From Antedon mediterranea (lineage: Eukaryota; Animalia; Echinodermata): a DNA stretch of 64,000 nucleotides. The stretch spans positions 15,274,101-15,338,100 of the forward strand of contig NC_092677.1 of NCBI RefSeq assembly GCF_964355755.1, given 5' to 3'. Below, piece by piece: positions 26,101 to 38,699 of the stretch. The translations under genes were made by a program, and so were the position numbers. The notes under the pieces are model-generated. The model saw only the letters and a list, made by a program, of their open reading frames with translations, did no database searches and had not been told where the DNA came from. Within the stretch, counting starts at the first letter, position 1. The number at the start of each line of letters is the position of its first letter.

Positions 26101-27226
26101 TGTAGTGCGACTATTATTAACTATTAGTTTATTATGAAACAAAATTATAAGCAATGCAATCAACCAAATTGACAATCATGTTAATTTTCGGTGATGGAAA
26201 ACCCAAAGTTATGAATTCAGCAAAAAAACCAATAACACTAATGGTGATATAAATTAGATGGGCCTACCTAAATAGGTTTTAAAAATGTCAATCTAATTGG
26301 TTATCAATTTATAAAGAAGGTGAAGAATTTGAGATTTGAAAAAATATAAAAGTTTAACAATCCATTGTGTACACATACTTCCAATGTATCTGTTGTTTCT
26401 TCTATCTTTGGTTAACAACCCAAGTATTTAGATGTCTCCCTCATTCAACACATGTACCATGTGTTCGCATTGCATTCGGGTTCAGCTCCGAAGAACCCGA
26501 AACAATGCACCCGAAAAAACTGACCCGAACAACAGAATATCGCGTCAATGAAATGATAAAGAACCACACACTATCGGTCTCTGGTGTCAATGCAAATGAC
26601 AGAGAAACACAATCATTCATGATGCAATAGTCACGTTCTCACAAGATAAACTATCTAAGGGATTGAAGTCTGATCGGCTAAAAGAGATACTATCTGCCAT
26701 AATATCTACAATGTGATGCCATTACTAGCTACCCAAGGTTAATAACTATAATAATCGATGAATAAATGTACAAATTAATTACCTCAAATATTATAATTAT
26801 AAATTAGTAATCTTTTCCTGAGAATAATTGTGTAATTTATCTGCTACTTATGTGCAGACTGACGTGCAGTTAATTATTAAGTATAAGTTAGAGGAGGGTT
26901 TTAAATCTACAGTTTAGAAAATACTATAATTTTAAAATTCATCATTCAGATCCATTCACGTTAACTAGATTTAAATAGTTTAGTGCAAACAAAGTTGCAA
27001 TTAAGTTCACTAGCTTATTCAAACAGTTAATTAATTTAGTGGTTTTTTCTGATTTCCTTGCACGCAGAAATATTGAACTTTGTAGTCTGATAACTACTAT
27101 CGAACTGTAAGTGATGTTACTATTGTGTTGGTATGTTACCGGATTCTTCCCAGTGCTGTATCTCTACATAAAATTTTCCCAGTACCACAGGATTATAAAT
27201 TATTCACAGAAAGTAAATTTGATAAA

Positions 27227-27834
27227 AAGCTAACTAGTTAAAATAAGCTAACTAGTTTAAATAAGCTAACTAGTTTAAATAAGCTAACTAGTTAAAATAA
27301 GCTAACTAGTTAAAATAAGCTAACTAGTTTAAATAAGCTAACTAATTTCAATAAGCTAACTAGTTAAAATAAGCTAACTAGTTTAAATAAGCTAACTAGT
27401 TTAAATAAGCTAACTAGTTTAAATAAGCTAACTAGTTTAACTAAGCTAACTAGTTTAAATAAGCTAACTAGTTTAAATAAGCTAACTAGTTTAAATAAGC
27501 TAACTAATTTAAATAAGCTAACTAATTTAAATAAGCTAACTAGTTTACTAAATAGTTTAAATAAGCTAACTAGTTAAAATAAGCTAACTAATTAAAATAA
27601 GCTAACTAGTTTAAATAAGCTAACTAGTTTAAATAAGCTAACTAGTTAAAATAAGCTAACTAGTTAAAATAAGCTAACTAATTTAAATAAGTTAACTAAT
27701 TTAAATAAGCTAACTAGTTTAAATAAGCTAACTAGTTTAAATAAGCTAACTAGCTTAAATAAGCTAACTAGTTTAAATAAGCTAACTAGTTAAGATAAGC
27801 TAACTAATTTAAATAAGCTAACTAGTTTAAATAA
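27227..27834. repeat. Minisatellite, 18-bp unit AAATAAGCTAACTAGTTT (~34 copies)
   Basis: Highly homogeneous direct tandem array. Confidence 0.97.
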
Positions 27835-29021
27835 TTTGTTGTCGGAAAATAAAATGTTCTTATTATAAAACCCCCCCCCCCCCCCCAAAAAAAATTTATC
27901 AGAAATACGTTTTCTGATGAAAGAACCATTTGTGTGAACCTATAGTGGATTTAGAATAAATTTAAATTAATGTATTTTGTCTCGACAAAATGGTATGTTG
28001 TCGACAGAATTGTCAATGTCTTAAAAGGTGCCCCGTTGTTTACTATCAGCATTTTGTATTATAGTCGACTGCCACATTCAAACGGGAAATTAATTTCTAA
28101 CTAGCAATACTTTCCATTAAAGATGTTTTAAGTATTTTGGTTCCTTTTTTATTTTAATGGCTTTGTTGAAGCTATCTAACATAGAAATATAATAGTTTTG
28201 AGAATTTGTATAATCTAGAACAGAGAAGTTTACCGTTAAGTAGCCTACACCATGTTATTTCTATGTTTGACAAAGAGTATTATTAATGTAGGTTAAACTT
28301 CTCGTACTCAACTCAATAAACGAGTAAGTAGAATATAATTTCGATTCTTATTAAAGTGTAAGTCGTATAAATCTATACGCACTTTACTGCGTCGTTAATT
28401 AAATGAACCCGTCCCACCCGCGTATGATGTTCCGCGTTTGAAGTAATCTCTCGTCATTGAAATCGAGGAAAATAAGTTCAAGTAATCTCATTACAATAAT
28501 CAATGTGTCACAAAAATAGAGCTGTGTTTTATTGCTCCATCAGTTTGCCGTTCAGAGAAGGCAGTGAGGTAATTACTGGAAGAACGCGACGTTAAGTGAC
28601 TGAATTTAAGACGCTTAAGTAGATTTCATAACATCGTCAACGTTTAAGTGCCGGACTTCTATCTACACAGAATACAAAGTGTGTTTGGTCTGTAAACTCA
28701 AATTCATTTGCATTGCTTCAAGCTATTAATCTAAATTAATTATTCGTTGATGACGATGATGCGAGAATTACCACTCTCCTGTGTGGCGAGAGTTTAAGTT
28801 CCATTGAAAATTAGGTTTTGCGAGTTATTATGTCTAGGCCTACTTGGTGTGTAAGTATTTTGCATGTGGAATAATTATGACTTAATTATAAAGTCCAAGA
28901 AATATAGACTTTTGTAAGAGTATATATTATTACGAAATATGATTTCCACATTCACCAAAACATCTTCTTGTTCTTACAATGGATATTTTTACAGTTTCGA
29001 AATATAAGGAAATCAAGTTTG

Positions 29022-29168
29022 TTAGAAATCATCATCGTCTGCCATAGTCGGTCCACTGGTGGACGAACTCAGAATGTCAAGAGGTCTCGCTCTCGCACTC
29101 TCATGTACCAGTTGGCTTAATTCTCCAATTATTGTCTCGTCGCTTCCGTTTTCGTCATCTGCGTCTTT
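29022..29168 (-). pseudogene. Acidic ORF segment, candidate host terminal exon split off by the LINE insertion
   Basis: 49 codons KDADDENGSDETIIGELSQLVHESARARPLDILSSSTSGPTMADDDDF*; GC-richer than its surroundings; continues in frame across the TSD into 30660-30695. Confidence 0.35.
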
Positions 29169-30659
29169 CAATTCAATTCAATTCAATTCAAAATTCTTTA
29201 ATCATCCCACACGGGGCAATTCAAATAAAAAGGTCTGGATTAAAATGATCTTACAAAATATACAAAATATCACAATACACAGAACAAAAAAAAAGGTTCA
29301 AGAATTTAAGAGTCGAATAGCCACTGGCAAAAACGAATTCCTTTTCCGGTTTGTTCTACATGCCGGGCATCGAAAGCGACGCCCATGAGGCATGAGCTCG
29401 AAATCACTGAACAAGGCATGGTTAATATTTTTTAGAATAGCTCTACTTTTTTCTAGAGTTTGCATGTCACAGAGAGAAGATAAGCTACGAAGTTGACAAC
29501 CTATCAATTTAGAACTTAAGTTAACAATTCTTTGTAGTGAGTTTTTCTCTTTGACCCTAAGACTAAAAAACCAGCATATAAAGGAAAAAGTTAAAACGTT
29601 CTCAATAAAGGAATTATAAAAAACCCTAAGAATTACTTTATCGACATTAAAATGGTTCAGCTTCCTTAACAGATAAAGTCTCTGGTGTCCTTTCTTTACT
29701 ATTGCCTCTGTGTTTAATTCCCAGCCGAGATTGTCCTCAAATATAGTACCTAGGTATTTAAAGGAATGGACAATATCGACTGGTTCGTCATTTATAATGG
29801 ATACCCAAGGGTTGCGTCCTTTCTCCTTCCTAAAATCTACAATCATCTCCTTGGTTTTGGTCACATTGAGTTCCAAGTAGGAGTTTCCACAAAATTGGAT
29901 AAAATCATCTAAAGCGGAACCATGGCCGTCCTGTGAATTTTGAAGGAGAGACAGCAAGACAGTGTCGTCAGCAAATTTAACAAGATGACTATTGTCCTGT
30001 TTGCTGCGACAGTCATCCGTGTATATAATATACAGGAGAGGAGAGAGGACGCAACCCTGGGGGGATCCAATACTTGTCATACGTACATTCGATTGTCTTT
30101 GGTTAACTAAGACCCTCTGACATCTGTTCGTAAGAAAACTTATAATCCATAATACAAAATCATGTTGAAAACCAAAATTCGAAATTAATTTGTTTGCTAA
30201 AATATAAGGGTGCATGGTATTGAAGGCAGAAGAGAAGTCGGCGAATAACATTCTGGCGTGAGATCGAGGCAGTTCAAGGTGCTTGTACAATGTGTTTAAT
30301 AAAAAAAGCCTGGCATCCTCAACACCTCTTCCAGACCTGTATGCAAACTGCAGTGGATCGAGTTTAGACTCTACAACAGACGTGATGTAGGTTTTAACTA
30401 TCTTTTCAAAGATTTTCATAACAAGAGATGTCAGCGCAATAGGGCGCAGATCATTCAGTTGTTTTATGACAGTCTGTTTAGGAATAGGTTTTATAATCGA
30501 TTCTTTCCAAAGATTAGGAACTACACACTGGTTTATAGAGGTCTGGAAGAGGTACCGAAGGACACCACTGAGCTGATCCGCACACGACTTCAATGTTCTG
30601 CCCTCAATACCATCGGGACCAGAACTCTTATTTACATTTATATTCCTGAGTAAGTCTTT
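29169..30659 (-). mobile_element. 5'-truncated non-LTR retrotransposon, Rex1/Babar-like
   Basis: Uninterrupted RT frame, ~100-bp 3' UTR, ATTAAA and (TTGAA)n tail at 29169-29190; GTCTTT on both flanks (29163-29168, 30660-30665) as candidate TSD. Confidence 0.88.
29298..30659 (-). CDS. LINE reverse transcriptase (partial ORF2, no endonuclease domain)
   Basis: Motifs KSSGPDG, LRPIALTS, DPLQFAYR, FADFSSAFNT, GSPQGCVLSPLLY, KFADDT, LNVTKTKEM, FKYLG and C-terminal RTNRKRNSFLPVAIRLLN. Confidence 0.92.
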   Translation of the reverse strand, partial: KDLLRNINVNKSSGPDGIEGRTLKSCADQLSGVLRYLFQTSINQCVVPNLWKESIIKPIPKQTVIKQLNDLRPIALTSLVMKIFEKIVKTYITSVVESKLDPLQFAYRSGRGVEDARLFLLNTLYKHLELPRSHARMLFADFSSAFNTMHPYILANKLISNFGFQHDFVLWIISFLTNRCQRVLVNQRQSNVRMTSIGSPQGCVLSPLLYIIYTDDCRSKQDNSHLVKFADDTVLLSLLQNSQDGHGSALDDFIQFCGNSYLELNVTKTKEMIVDFRKEKGRNPWVSIINDEPVDIVHSFKYLGTIFEDNLGWELNTEAIVKKGHQRLYLLRKLNHFNVDKVILRVFYNSFIENVLTFSFICWFFSLRVKEKNSLQRIVNLSSKLIGCQLRSLSSLCDMQTLEKSRAILKNINHALFSDFELMPHGRRFRCPACRTNRKRNSFLPVAIRLLNS

Positions 30660-31347
30660 GTCTTTAAAAAATGAGATAAGTGAGTCTTTGTCTTTCTATT
30701 GGTGTCAACTGTCAGTATTGTATACTCTATCTGTTCTCCATCTGTGACATGCCCAGGTCCATTTCCTAAAGTTGACATACATAATGTTGCTTTGACTTCG
30801 TTCCACGCCCACAATTTTAGATGAGGGTATTTTTTTTAGTAATTTTAATTATCATATACTGTAGTTTTTCATTCTGAGATTTGTGTTTCCAAGTAAATAT
30901 CACCTAATATAAGTAACCATCTTAAACCAGGTAAGAGCACAACTGTTAGTAGTGTTTCTGCTTTAACGGTATGTATTTCAACAGTAATTAATGCTTATGG
31001 AAAAGAATGACACGAGTTATATGACCACTACTGTGTTCAAATAACAACGCTGTAATTTATGACCATGCTATGAATGGTCTGCAATTAATGATATGAGCTA
31101 TATGTACTTTGGAAAACTCGAACGATGTCATAAAATTAAAACATAATTGAGGTTAGATTAATAATTGGACCTACTTATCCGGCCAATGTAGTCAGAAAAT
31201 AATATTCTCACAACCCAATACGTTTAATTCGTTAGTTTCTCGTACAACCGTCAGATGTAGCCTAATAGTAAAAAACCACCATTAACGATTATAAATAAAT
31301 ACTTAAGTTAATTTATTTATTTATGAAGTTTTTAAAACAGTACTTAC

Positions 31348-31368
31348 CTTGTATCCATAGTTTTTATA
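31348..31368 (-). CDS. Candidate 21-nt micro-exon (YKNYGYK) of the secreted-peptide gene
   Basis: ttttctttctttttttctttcag|TATAAAAACTATGGATACAAG|gtaagt: long pyrimidine tract, consensus donor, phase 0/0. Confidence 0.5.
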
Positions 31369-34171
31369 CTGAAAGAAAAAAAGAAAGAAAATGTTTTAAT
31401 TTATTTATTATCTCATTTTTATTTAAAATATACCGATATCTGACCAATTATTAATTTGCCTATTTGACGCAAAGCTACTTCGCAGTATTTATAAAATTAT
31501 TAAACAAAATTATTGTATACAAATAATATGTTTATGAAATAAGTATTGGTGTGCTATAATTTTTGTATACGTGTAATATTTTAAAGCGGTAAATTGATTA
31601 ATTAATTGAATATAACTAACTATAAACTTTTATAACAGTTATACAATTCTTTCAATACAGCAGCACTGTAGTAAATACTCTGTAGCGGATACGATACTGT
31701 TGATAGAACTTGTCATGTATTTTATTTCTTCTATTAATAAAGATCGTATTTTGTTTGTAAAAATATTGGAAACTTCACTCCAACATTTTAAAATTTTGTT
31801 TCTGAGTTATATATTTGTAGTAACATTAACATGCCATATCCACAAGGGCTTTCAATGACTACAGGTCAAAGTTCAGTTCTAGGAATTAATGTTGATGCGA
31901 CAAATCGACAACATTTTTTTTTCATGCAGGTTTAATTGCCTAATGGGCACTTAAAATAACAGCAGGTGTTTTCTAACACATTAAAAGACATCCCCAATTT
32001 ACTAAGATTACTGCGTCTTAAAACAACTTCTCACGTTATTATGGATCATGGATAATTTTATTACTACATTACCTTCTGCACAAATTATTACGCGTTATGA
32101 TTTAACTGGACATTTTGACAACTTATGTAGATATTAAATTATAATAAAATGTTGAGTTTGTCCTCAAGAAATCGTAACATTAATGATGCGAATTACAGTA
32201 TAATGGTGTTCAGATAATCGGTGATGAAGCTGTCATTGAATATATAATGCTTGTTTGAATAAAAATCTTAAAGTTTTCTAAGTTCGCGATTAATAGAATC
32301 ATTAGAATAATCATAGAAATCTGGAATGATAACATGCACATTTTTTTAAAACTCAGAATAACTGGTTTATTGAGAATGTTTAGGTAACTGTTAACTGAAC
32401 TGTTCTTCAGTTGAAGTACTCATGTGTTAAATGTCAGTTAGTAATTATAGTTGCTGTTATTGGTCAGATGTTTTATCGTCCATGTTGTGTTTGCGCGGAG
32501 TTCAAATCTAGTTTTATTTATTTATTTGACACGACTATAATGGGGTTTTATAACTCGACACAGTTCCCACTAGGACGCAACGCAAGAGCGTAAGCCGCAA
32601 CACAAGATAATTGACCAATGAAAAGGAACAGTTCAAATAATCCATCGCTTTTGATTGGTCAATTCGCTTGCTTTGCGGAAAACACTACAATGTAATTCTT
32701 GAAGGTTTCCATGTTATTGTTTACTCTTCCTTGTTTGCATAACTGCGTCTCTTGACAACTATACTTGAGTTGCTAATGCCATTATTTCTTGATAGCCACG
32801 TGTACATCATTAATTTGTGATTATAGGCAGTAATTGTAGAAAACATTATTGCAAATTAATATGTAAATTCACTATGTTTAATAACAGTTAATTGCCTTTG
32901 TTTACGCATCGTAAGATTTCCATAAGTACGTTATTTTCTTGATTACGTAAGTTTAGGTAAAGTTATTGATGACTGATCAGAAGAACATGTACTATTAATT
33001 ATCTGAACAATGCATTCCCATATATTATTGGATAATTATTGTCTCGTTATATTACACACTCACGTAGACTGTAAAGTAACAAAAATGCAAAATGTTCTTA
33101 TATCGACACTTAATTCTAAACGTTTTGTGATTGTAGATGATGTTCGTCGATTAAAATATAGTAAACACTCTTAGACTGCTAATGTTTATCAATTTTTGGC
33201 TTGGAATTTTCTACGAGCTTTCCTGTATTGAGTCCGCTGGGCCACATAGACTGTTTAAAATCATATCCAATACTCCTTTAAATATATTGATTCTCCCATT
33301 TCCCTTCTTTTTGAATAAGCCTTTATATATATATTTTGATATCTAAGTATCTATAATTTTTGGTTGATGTTTTATTTTTCGTCTGTTCTTTTTGCTAATT
33401 TCGTTAGTTGTTTTTTAATTTAAGCTTGGATTTTTCCCATTGGTAAAATCCTAAATGGGTATTATATTTTACATTCTTACTCGGATCAGTAGATTATTGT
33501 GAAAGAAAAGTTGTCTGTTGTTGAATGTTATCATTGATAGACGATTATTCGTATTGAAAATAACAACAATGCCACCAACAAATTGATTACGTAGTTGTAG
33601 CAGTATAGTACAGTAGTTATTACTACACATATAATGCAATGAATAATGCCATTTTAATAATAACGGATAAGTGAATCGTAAATCAATGACATTAATTACA
33701 GAATGAAAAATAGCTCCTGATGGAACTGATTTTAAATTAACCGTTTTGTTACGTCACAACAAAGACCAGAACGATTGATAATTTAAAGTGGCGTTTGGCG
33801 GAAAAGATTGATAACATTTTTTTACAATTTTTATTTCTGCCTCACATTTACACAATAATCAAATTACATAAAAATAATATAACATTTACCTATTGTAGTT
33901 ATGTTTTTTACACAACGAAGACTATAAAATTTTAAAATGTGTCGATAGGTCGACACTTACTCGCTGCGTTAATGGACACATAGATAAAGGTTTCTTTTAA
34001 TTTCCATCACATAAAGCCTACACAATAATCAACAATAAAAAGTAATTAATATGAACTATTTACCTATAAAACAAGGAGAGAAAATAACCAGATATATAGG
34101 ATAGACAAATGTAGGTTCGAATTCGTTTTTGATTGAATTTTGCATTAAAGCAGCCGTTTCTCGGTACTGTT

Positions 34172-34352
34172 TCTATTTCCTAAGTAGGCCTATAATATGA
34201 ATATTTGGTAATACACCGTACATGTGTTTCACTGTATGTAGTGGTAACCTAACCCTTAACCTAACCTTACATGGTACAGCACCACATGTGATATAAATGA
34301 GATGCTGTATTACCAAATATTCTTATGATACTTATGCCTACTTCGGAAATAG
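34172..34352. mobile_element. Short palindromic MITE with central CTAACC repeats
   Basis: TCTATTTCC.AAGTAGGC and GAATATTTGGTAATACA have inverted counterparts at the right end; related sequence near 57010-57220. Confidence 0.6.
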
Positions 34353-35094
34353 ATTGGAATTAAAGCTATTATTCACACTTGTTCCGTTTCATTATTAAGA
34401 AATAAGGAACAAGTGTGACGTGAATATAGTTTACGTTACTTGTTACGGGATAATTGGATTTTTTTTTTGTCATAATAAATATGAATTAAATCTTAAAATC
34501 AATTTATCTTTTGAAAATGATTTTCTGAATTTCCGGTTAATATCCTGTCTAAGTACCAACATATTTATGTATTGGATTAGAACATGTGCATTAAAGTAGT
34601 AATATTTTGGAAATATAATTTAGAATTGATTTTATAAACAGTTAAAAAAAATGAAATTCTTAAAGAAACATTCACTCAGTACCATGACAAAAACAAAATC
34701 CATTTTCTTTGGATAATGCAATAAAATTGTCCTTTTTATTGCTTTTCTGCATCATTGAACAGTTTTGTTATTAAACTTGTGATTAAATTCTAAAAAGAAA
34801 GATAATGGAAATTGTTCCGATATACTGCATATTGGTTAATTGAAACTATCATAGTTAACTACTAACGTTGTATATTTGAGGAGTAAACATCACACTTATC
34901 CGAACCAGCCTTGTTTGTTATTGATTATTTTATAATGGTAGGCCTATTTGTGTGTTTTGTGTGTGTGTGTGTGTTTATATTTTATCTCAATTCACACTCT
35001 ACAGCCCGCCTCTTACGGAATGGAATATAATATTATATTATTATTATTATATATTATTATACTATATTATAGTATATCAAGATGAGACTATAAG

Positions 35095-35222
35095 AACAAA
35101 AACATGGCTGCAGTCGCGTGCTCAAGTTAGTGTTTACCGACCAACTGACTGATCGACCAACCGACCGACCAACCGACCGACCGACCGACAGAGTGAGCTG
35201 TAGAGTTGCACGCGACTAAAAA
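35095..35222 (+). mobile_element. HINE/DINE-1-like non-autonomous Helentron element, internally deleted copy
   Basis: ATGGCTGCAGTCGCGTGCTC..GTTAGTGTTTACCGACC, (ACCG)n microsatellite, CACGCGACTAAAAA end; same family as 52434-53126. Confidence 0.65.
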
Positions 35223-35683
35223 GCACACTTAAACCTACTACAAACAATTCTTAAAGTTGTATTGTCCCCAAAAACATGAAAAACGAACAACAATAAATCA
35301 AATTTTGAATAGACTATTTTGTAGATATATAAGTTATTTGCCCAAAAAATCCGAACAAATTATTAATTTCGCTTATAAAAAATGTAAAAGTCGTTTAAAT
35401 TTCGGAATACGCTTTGTAGTTTATGTAGAAAGGCCTAACTAATATTTATTAACGGTAGTAGGTAGGCCTAGTTGTATAAATCTTTTATGAGCAGCTTGCC
35501 AACGCACATTCAGTACTAACTTCGGTGGAACGATGGTTTAGCGGTTTCCAAACAAACGTAGATCTAATTTCCCTAAACTACAAAAGGCCAATTTTACAAC
35601 TTCAAAGTATTTTCTGGAATAACTCTAAATAACATACAACATTTATTAGGCCTAAATTAAACTTATGGGAAAAAATAACTTAC

Positions 35684-35779
35684 CGGTGCATTTCCTATTG
35701 CGTTTCCGCCGCCACCGTATCCTTGTGAATTAACAATATAAAGCGAGAATAAGACGCAAATTAAGATAAATTTCGACAT
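35684..35779 (-). CDS. First coding exon of an uncharacterised small secreted protein/peptide precursor
   Basis: ataATG; MSKFILICVLFSLYIVNS-QGYGGGGNAIGNAP (basic N-terminus, hydrophobic core, V-N-S cleavage pattern); consensus donor CCG|gtaagt; TATA/Inr promoter 120-150 nt upstream. Confidence 0.65.
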
Positions 35780-35894
35780 TATTATTGTTTTTCTCTTTCA
35801 CTTCACAATACGTATTTCTTGAAGAATTCCTAATTCTTAGATGCGTAACGTCACCAGTTTCAAAGAATGTTCTCAACCCTAGCGCTGTTGGCGT

Positions 35895-35931
35895 ATGAAT
35901 GACGACTTAGCGTTTGCATTGGCTATTTATA
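35895..35931 (-). promoter_or_regulatory. TATA box + initiator core promoter
   Basis: TATAAATAG (35931-35923) with Inr TCATTC whose A (35900) lies 31 nt downstream of the first T, the canonical spacing. Confidence 0.6.
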
Positions 35932-38699
35932 GATGTAAAACTCGTTGTACAAACTCTACCGTCAATATTGTGATGGTTAGTTTGCACTGAGACTCTCAGG
36001 TTTGCAATAGTCAACTCAGTGTGAATTGTTAGCAGCAATGACAGAAACGTTTCAACAATTATGTTAGAAATTGGCGTAAAATATAATATTTACACACGCT
36101 CATTAACACAGTAATTCCATCAATTATGGTAATGTTAATCGTTCATAATTATCGATTACGTAAGTGCATGACGAGGAGTCAACCGAATCGGGTTAACTGT
36201 GTTCTTTAAACTTAATGACCAAGACTCTAATTGATATTGCTCATTCAGTTTTTTAATCAAATAAAATTAAAATTATTAAATCACAGAATGATTGAACAAG
36301 TGAACAATTAATGAGTTACTTTGAAATACTATAATGCTATTATTATCGGGCGCTGAAAGAACATACCAGTACTAGTCCGGTGTTTTTGTTTTTATTGAAA
36401 CACTGTAGGCCTAGCCAAATCTGAGCACACAAACTAATCAAAGAGAACTATTGATAAGAAAAAACCAAAACTTAAAAAAAAAAAAATTGGACCCGCATAC
36501 AAGAAATAGAAAATTGGCCTATTCAGCTAAAAAAAAAAATATATATATAAAAAAATAGACAATTAGTGAGAAATTTATGAACTACCTGTAGGAGGCGCTT
36601 TATATTTATATTTTTTCTGAGAAAAATATGAATTATTTGATTGCATTTGAACATTTGGATTTGCTTCCGTTTGAATCGCCATAAACACTTGAACGAGTTG
36701 TTCTACTTAGAGTATTCGATGTAGAAAATGGAGATGAAACACATTCCGTGTAAATTATTACCTTAATCGCCAACCACAAAGGAAAACAAAATAATAAATT
36801 ACATTAACTTTTAAAGGTTCACACGTAACGTCACAGAAGCTGATCTGTTATAATTAATTTTTCTTAGAAACTCAGTGGTTATTTGTGCGAGTCTTCACTA
36901 GACTGTTTGTGAGAAATAGATTGTAATAATTGTGTCGCTTCTTGAAATGTTTCCCCCCCACCCAATTGATTTTTTTTATTCGATATTCAAGTTGTATAAT
37001 TCAATTCAACTTTATTTAACCACGGAGGCCCTGATCAACACATGGTTGTTTTCCCCTGGGGCCGTGTCCACATACAAAATACAAACACAATTTTCAACAA
37101 TGTATGTACAGGTATATAAATATTATTTAAAAGTTTTAATGAAGTTATGTTTAATCGATTGTAGGGCCGTAGATGGAAGACGATGTCGAAATCCACATGC
37201 GCAGTCCATCGATCGTTAGGTTTATAATTCAAAATAATATTATTGATATGATTTTATGTTTATATGTGGGCGTTTGCGGGGGAGAGAATGATGGTGTTAC
37301 ATCAATATATGGACTAATGTTTGGTCGAAAAGAGAAACCGATATTATCAAAGGAAATTGACCAACTTAAATAAAGGACATATAATCCTGTATAGAATACG
37401 ATATCGGTGTGAAAGAGTATCGGATATTTTTAGGCTACACCTTCCAGTGCTGTTATTTTGTTGGGTAACGTACATTGGAGTCACAAACACATAAGTTCAG
37501 ATCATTTATCAGCGGCCCGAGTATTAGGCCTACTGCGATTTTAAAATTGATTTTTAGAATGCATACAACGAGCTAATGCCGGATTACAAAAAACAACAAA
37601 CTTTGAAACGTTTACCCTGTTCTTCTGCTTGATACGTTTAGATACTCAGCAACGGGTTAGGTCCTAATTTTGCTTTCATCGTATGCTTTAAAGCCTCTGG
37701 ATTGGAATCCGTTCACCCTCAGTAGTTTACGATACATGTATTGCTCTTTATTGGAGGTGTCTTGATAGAGATTTAGCTTTAACTGAAGCTAAATCACTTA
37801 ATCTCGTAATGTTGTTCCGTTATCGTCGATTACTAAGCAATCTCAGATATCATTATGTCTGTTAATGCTAGCAAAAAGAGAGTTTATTTGTTATTTTTTC
37901 AAATTGTAACATATATAGTAGCGATAACGGATCAAGCGTACCCAAGGGAGATACATATTGCTTCTGCATGGTTTAAGCTTAGTAACGGATTTCAATACTC
38001 GGTAAAAACGTATCAAATTTGAACTTTTAGACTCGGAACACCAAGTATATGTGGTTAGCTATTTATCATAGATCTATCACATACCGTTATGTTTTTATCA
38101 TAACGTCATGTTGTTATTTTGTTACTAACTGCCAAAAGCTCAAGTTGATGCCCATAAAATTGTAAGAAAGCAATAATAAGAAAAGACCTATATCTTTTAG
38201 TATATCATGTGCTTAAAAGGCGGTTAAAAGAAATAAAACTGAACTATGTATTTATGGTATTTAGTATGTTATGTATTTAAAAAAAACGATATTATCATAT
38301 TGACGTCTACAGACGCACATAGGCTTTTTCTTCTAAATAATTGTACATATTCAAGTATATGCTTATTTTTATATTTGACCTGTGAATGGTACTCCATTGG
38401 TGGCAGATATCAACATTTAAATGTTATGAATTCGTTGATTCAGCGTATCACTTTGTACGTACATCATGTTGAATTAGAGTGCGTAATTTACACATTATAG
38501 ACAGATCATAAGACTAATTAAAACGTTCCATGCGTTACGAGATAAACAAGATATATTTATTTGTATTGACGTATAGTTTACAGTTGCTTCACTCCAATTC
38601 TTGAAATCAAACAGGTAACTCAACAAAAGAATTGATAAAACTAAAGAGTAAAATTCAATAAAGAATAGAAAGAATGTTTTTGTCAGAAGACGCGATACT

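Noticed and set aside
33440-34065. Additional internal exons for the secreted-peptide gene (e.g. ALCDGN*KKPLSMCPLTQR, SSLCKKHNYN)
   Set aside because: One has an in-frame stop, and chaining neighbours needs introns of only ~30-40 nt; cannot be supported without transcripts
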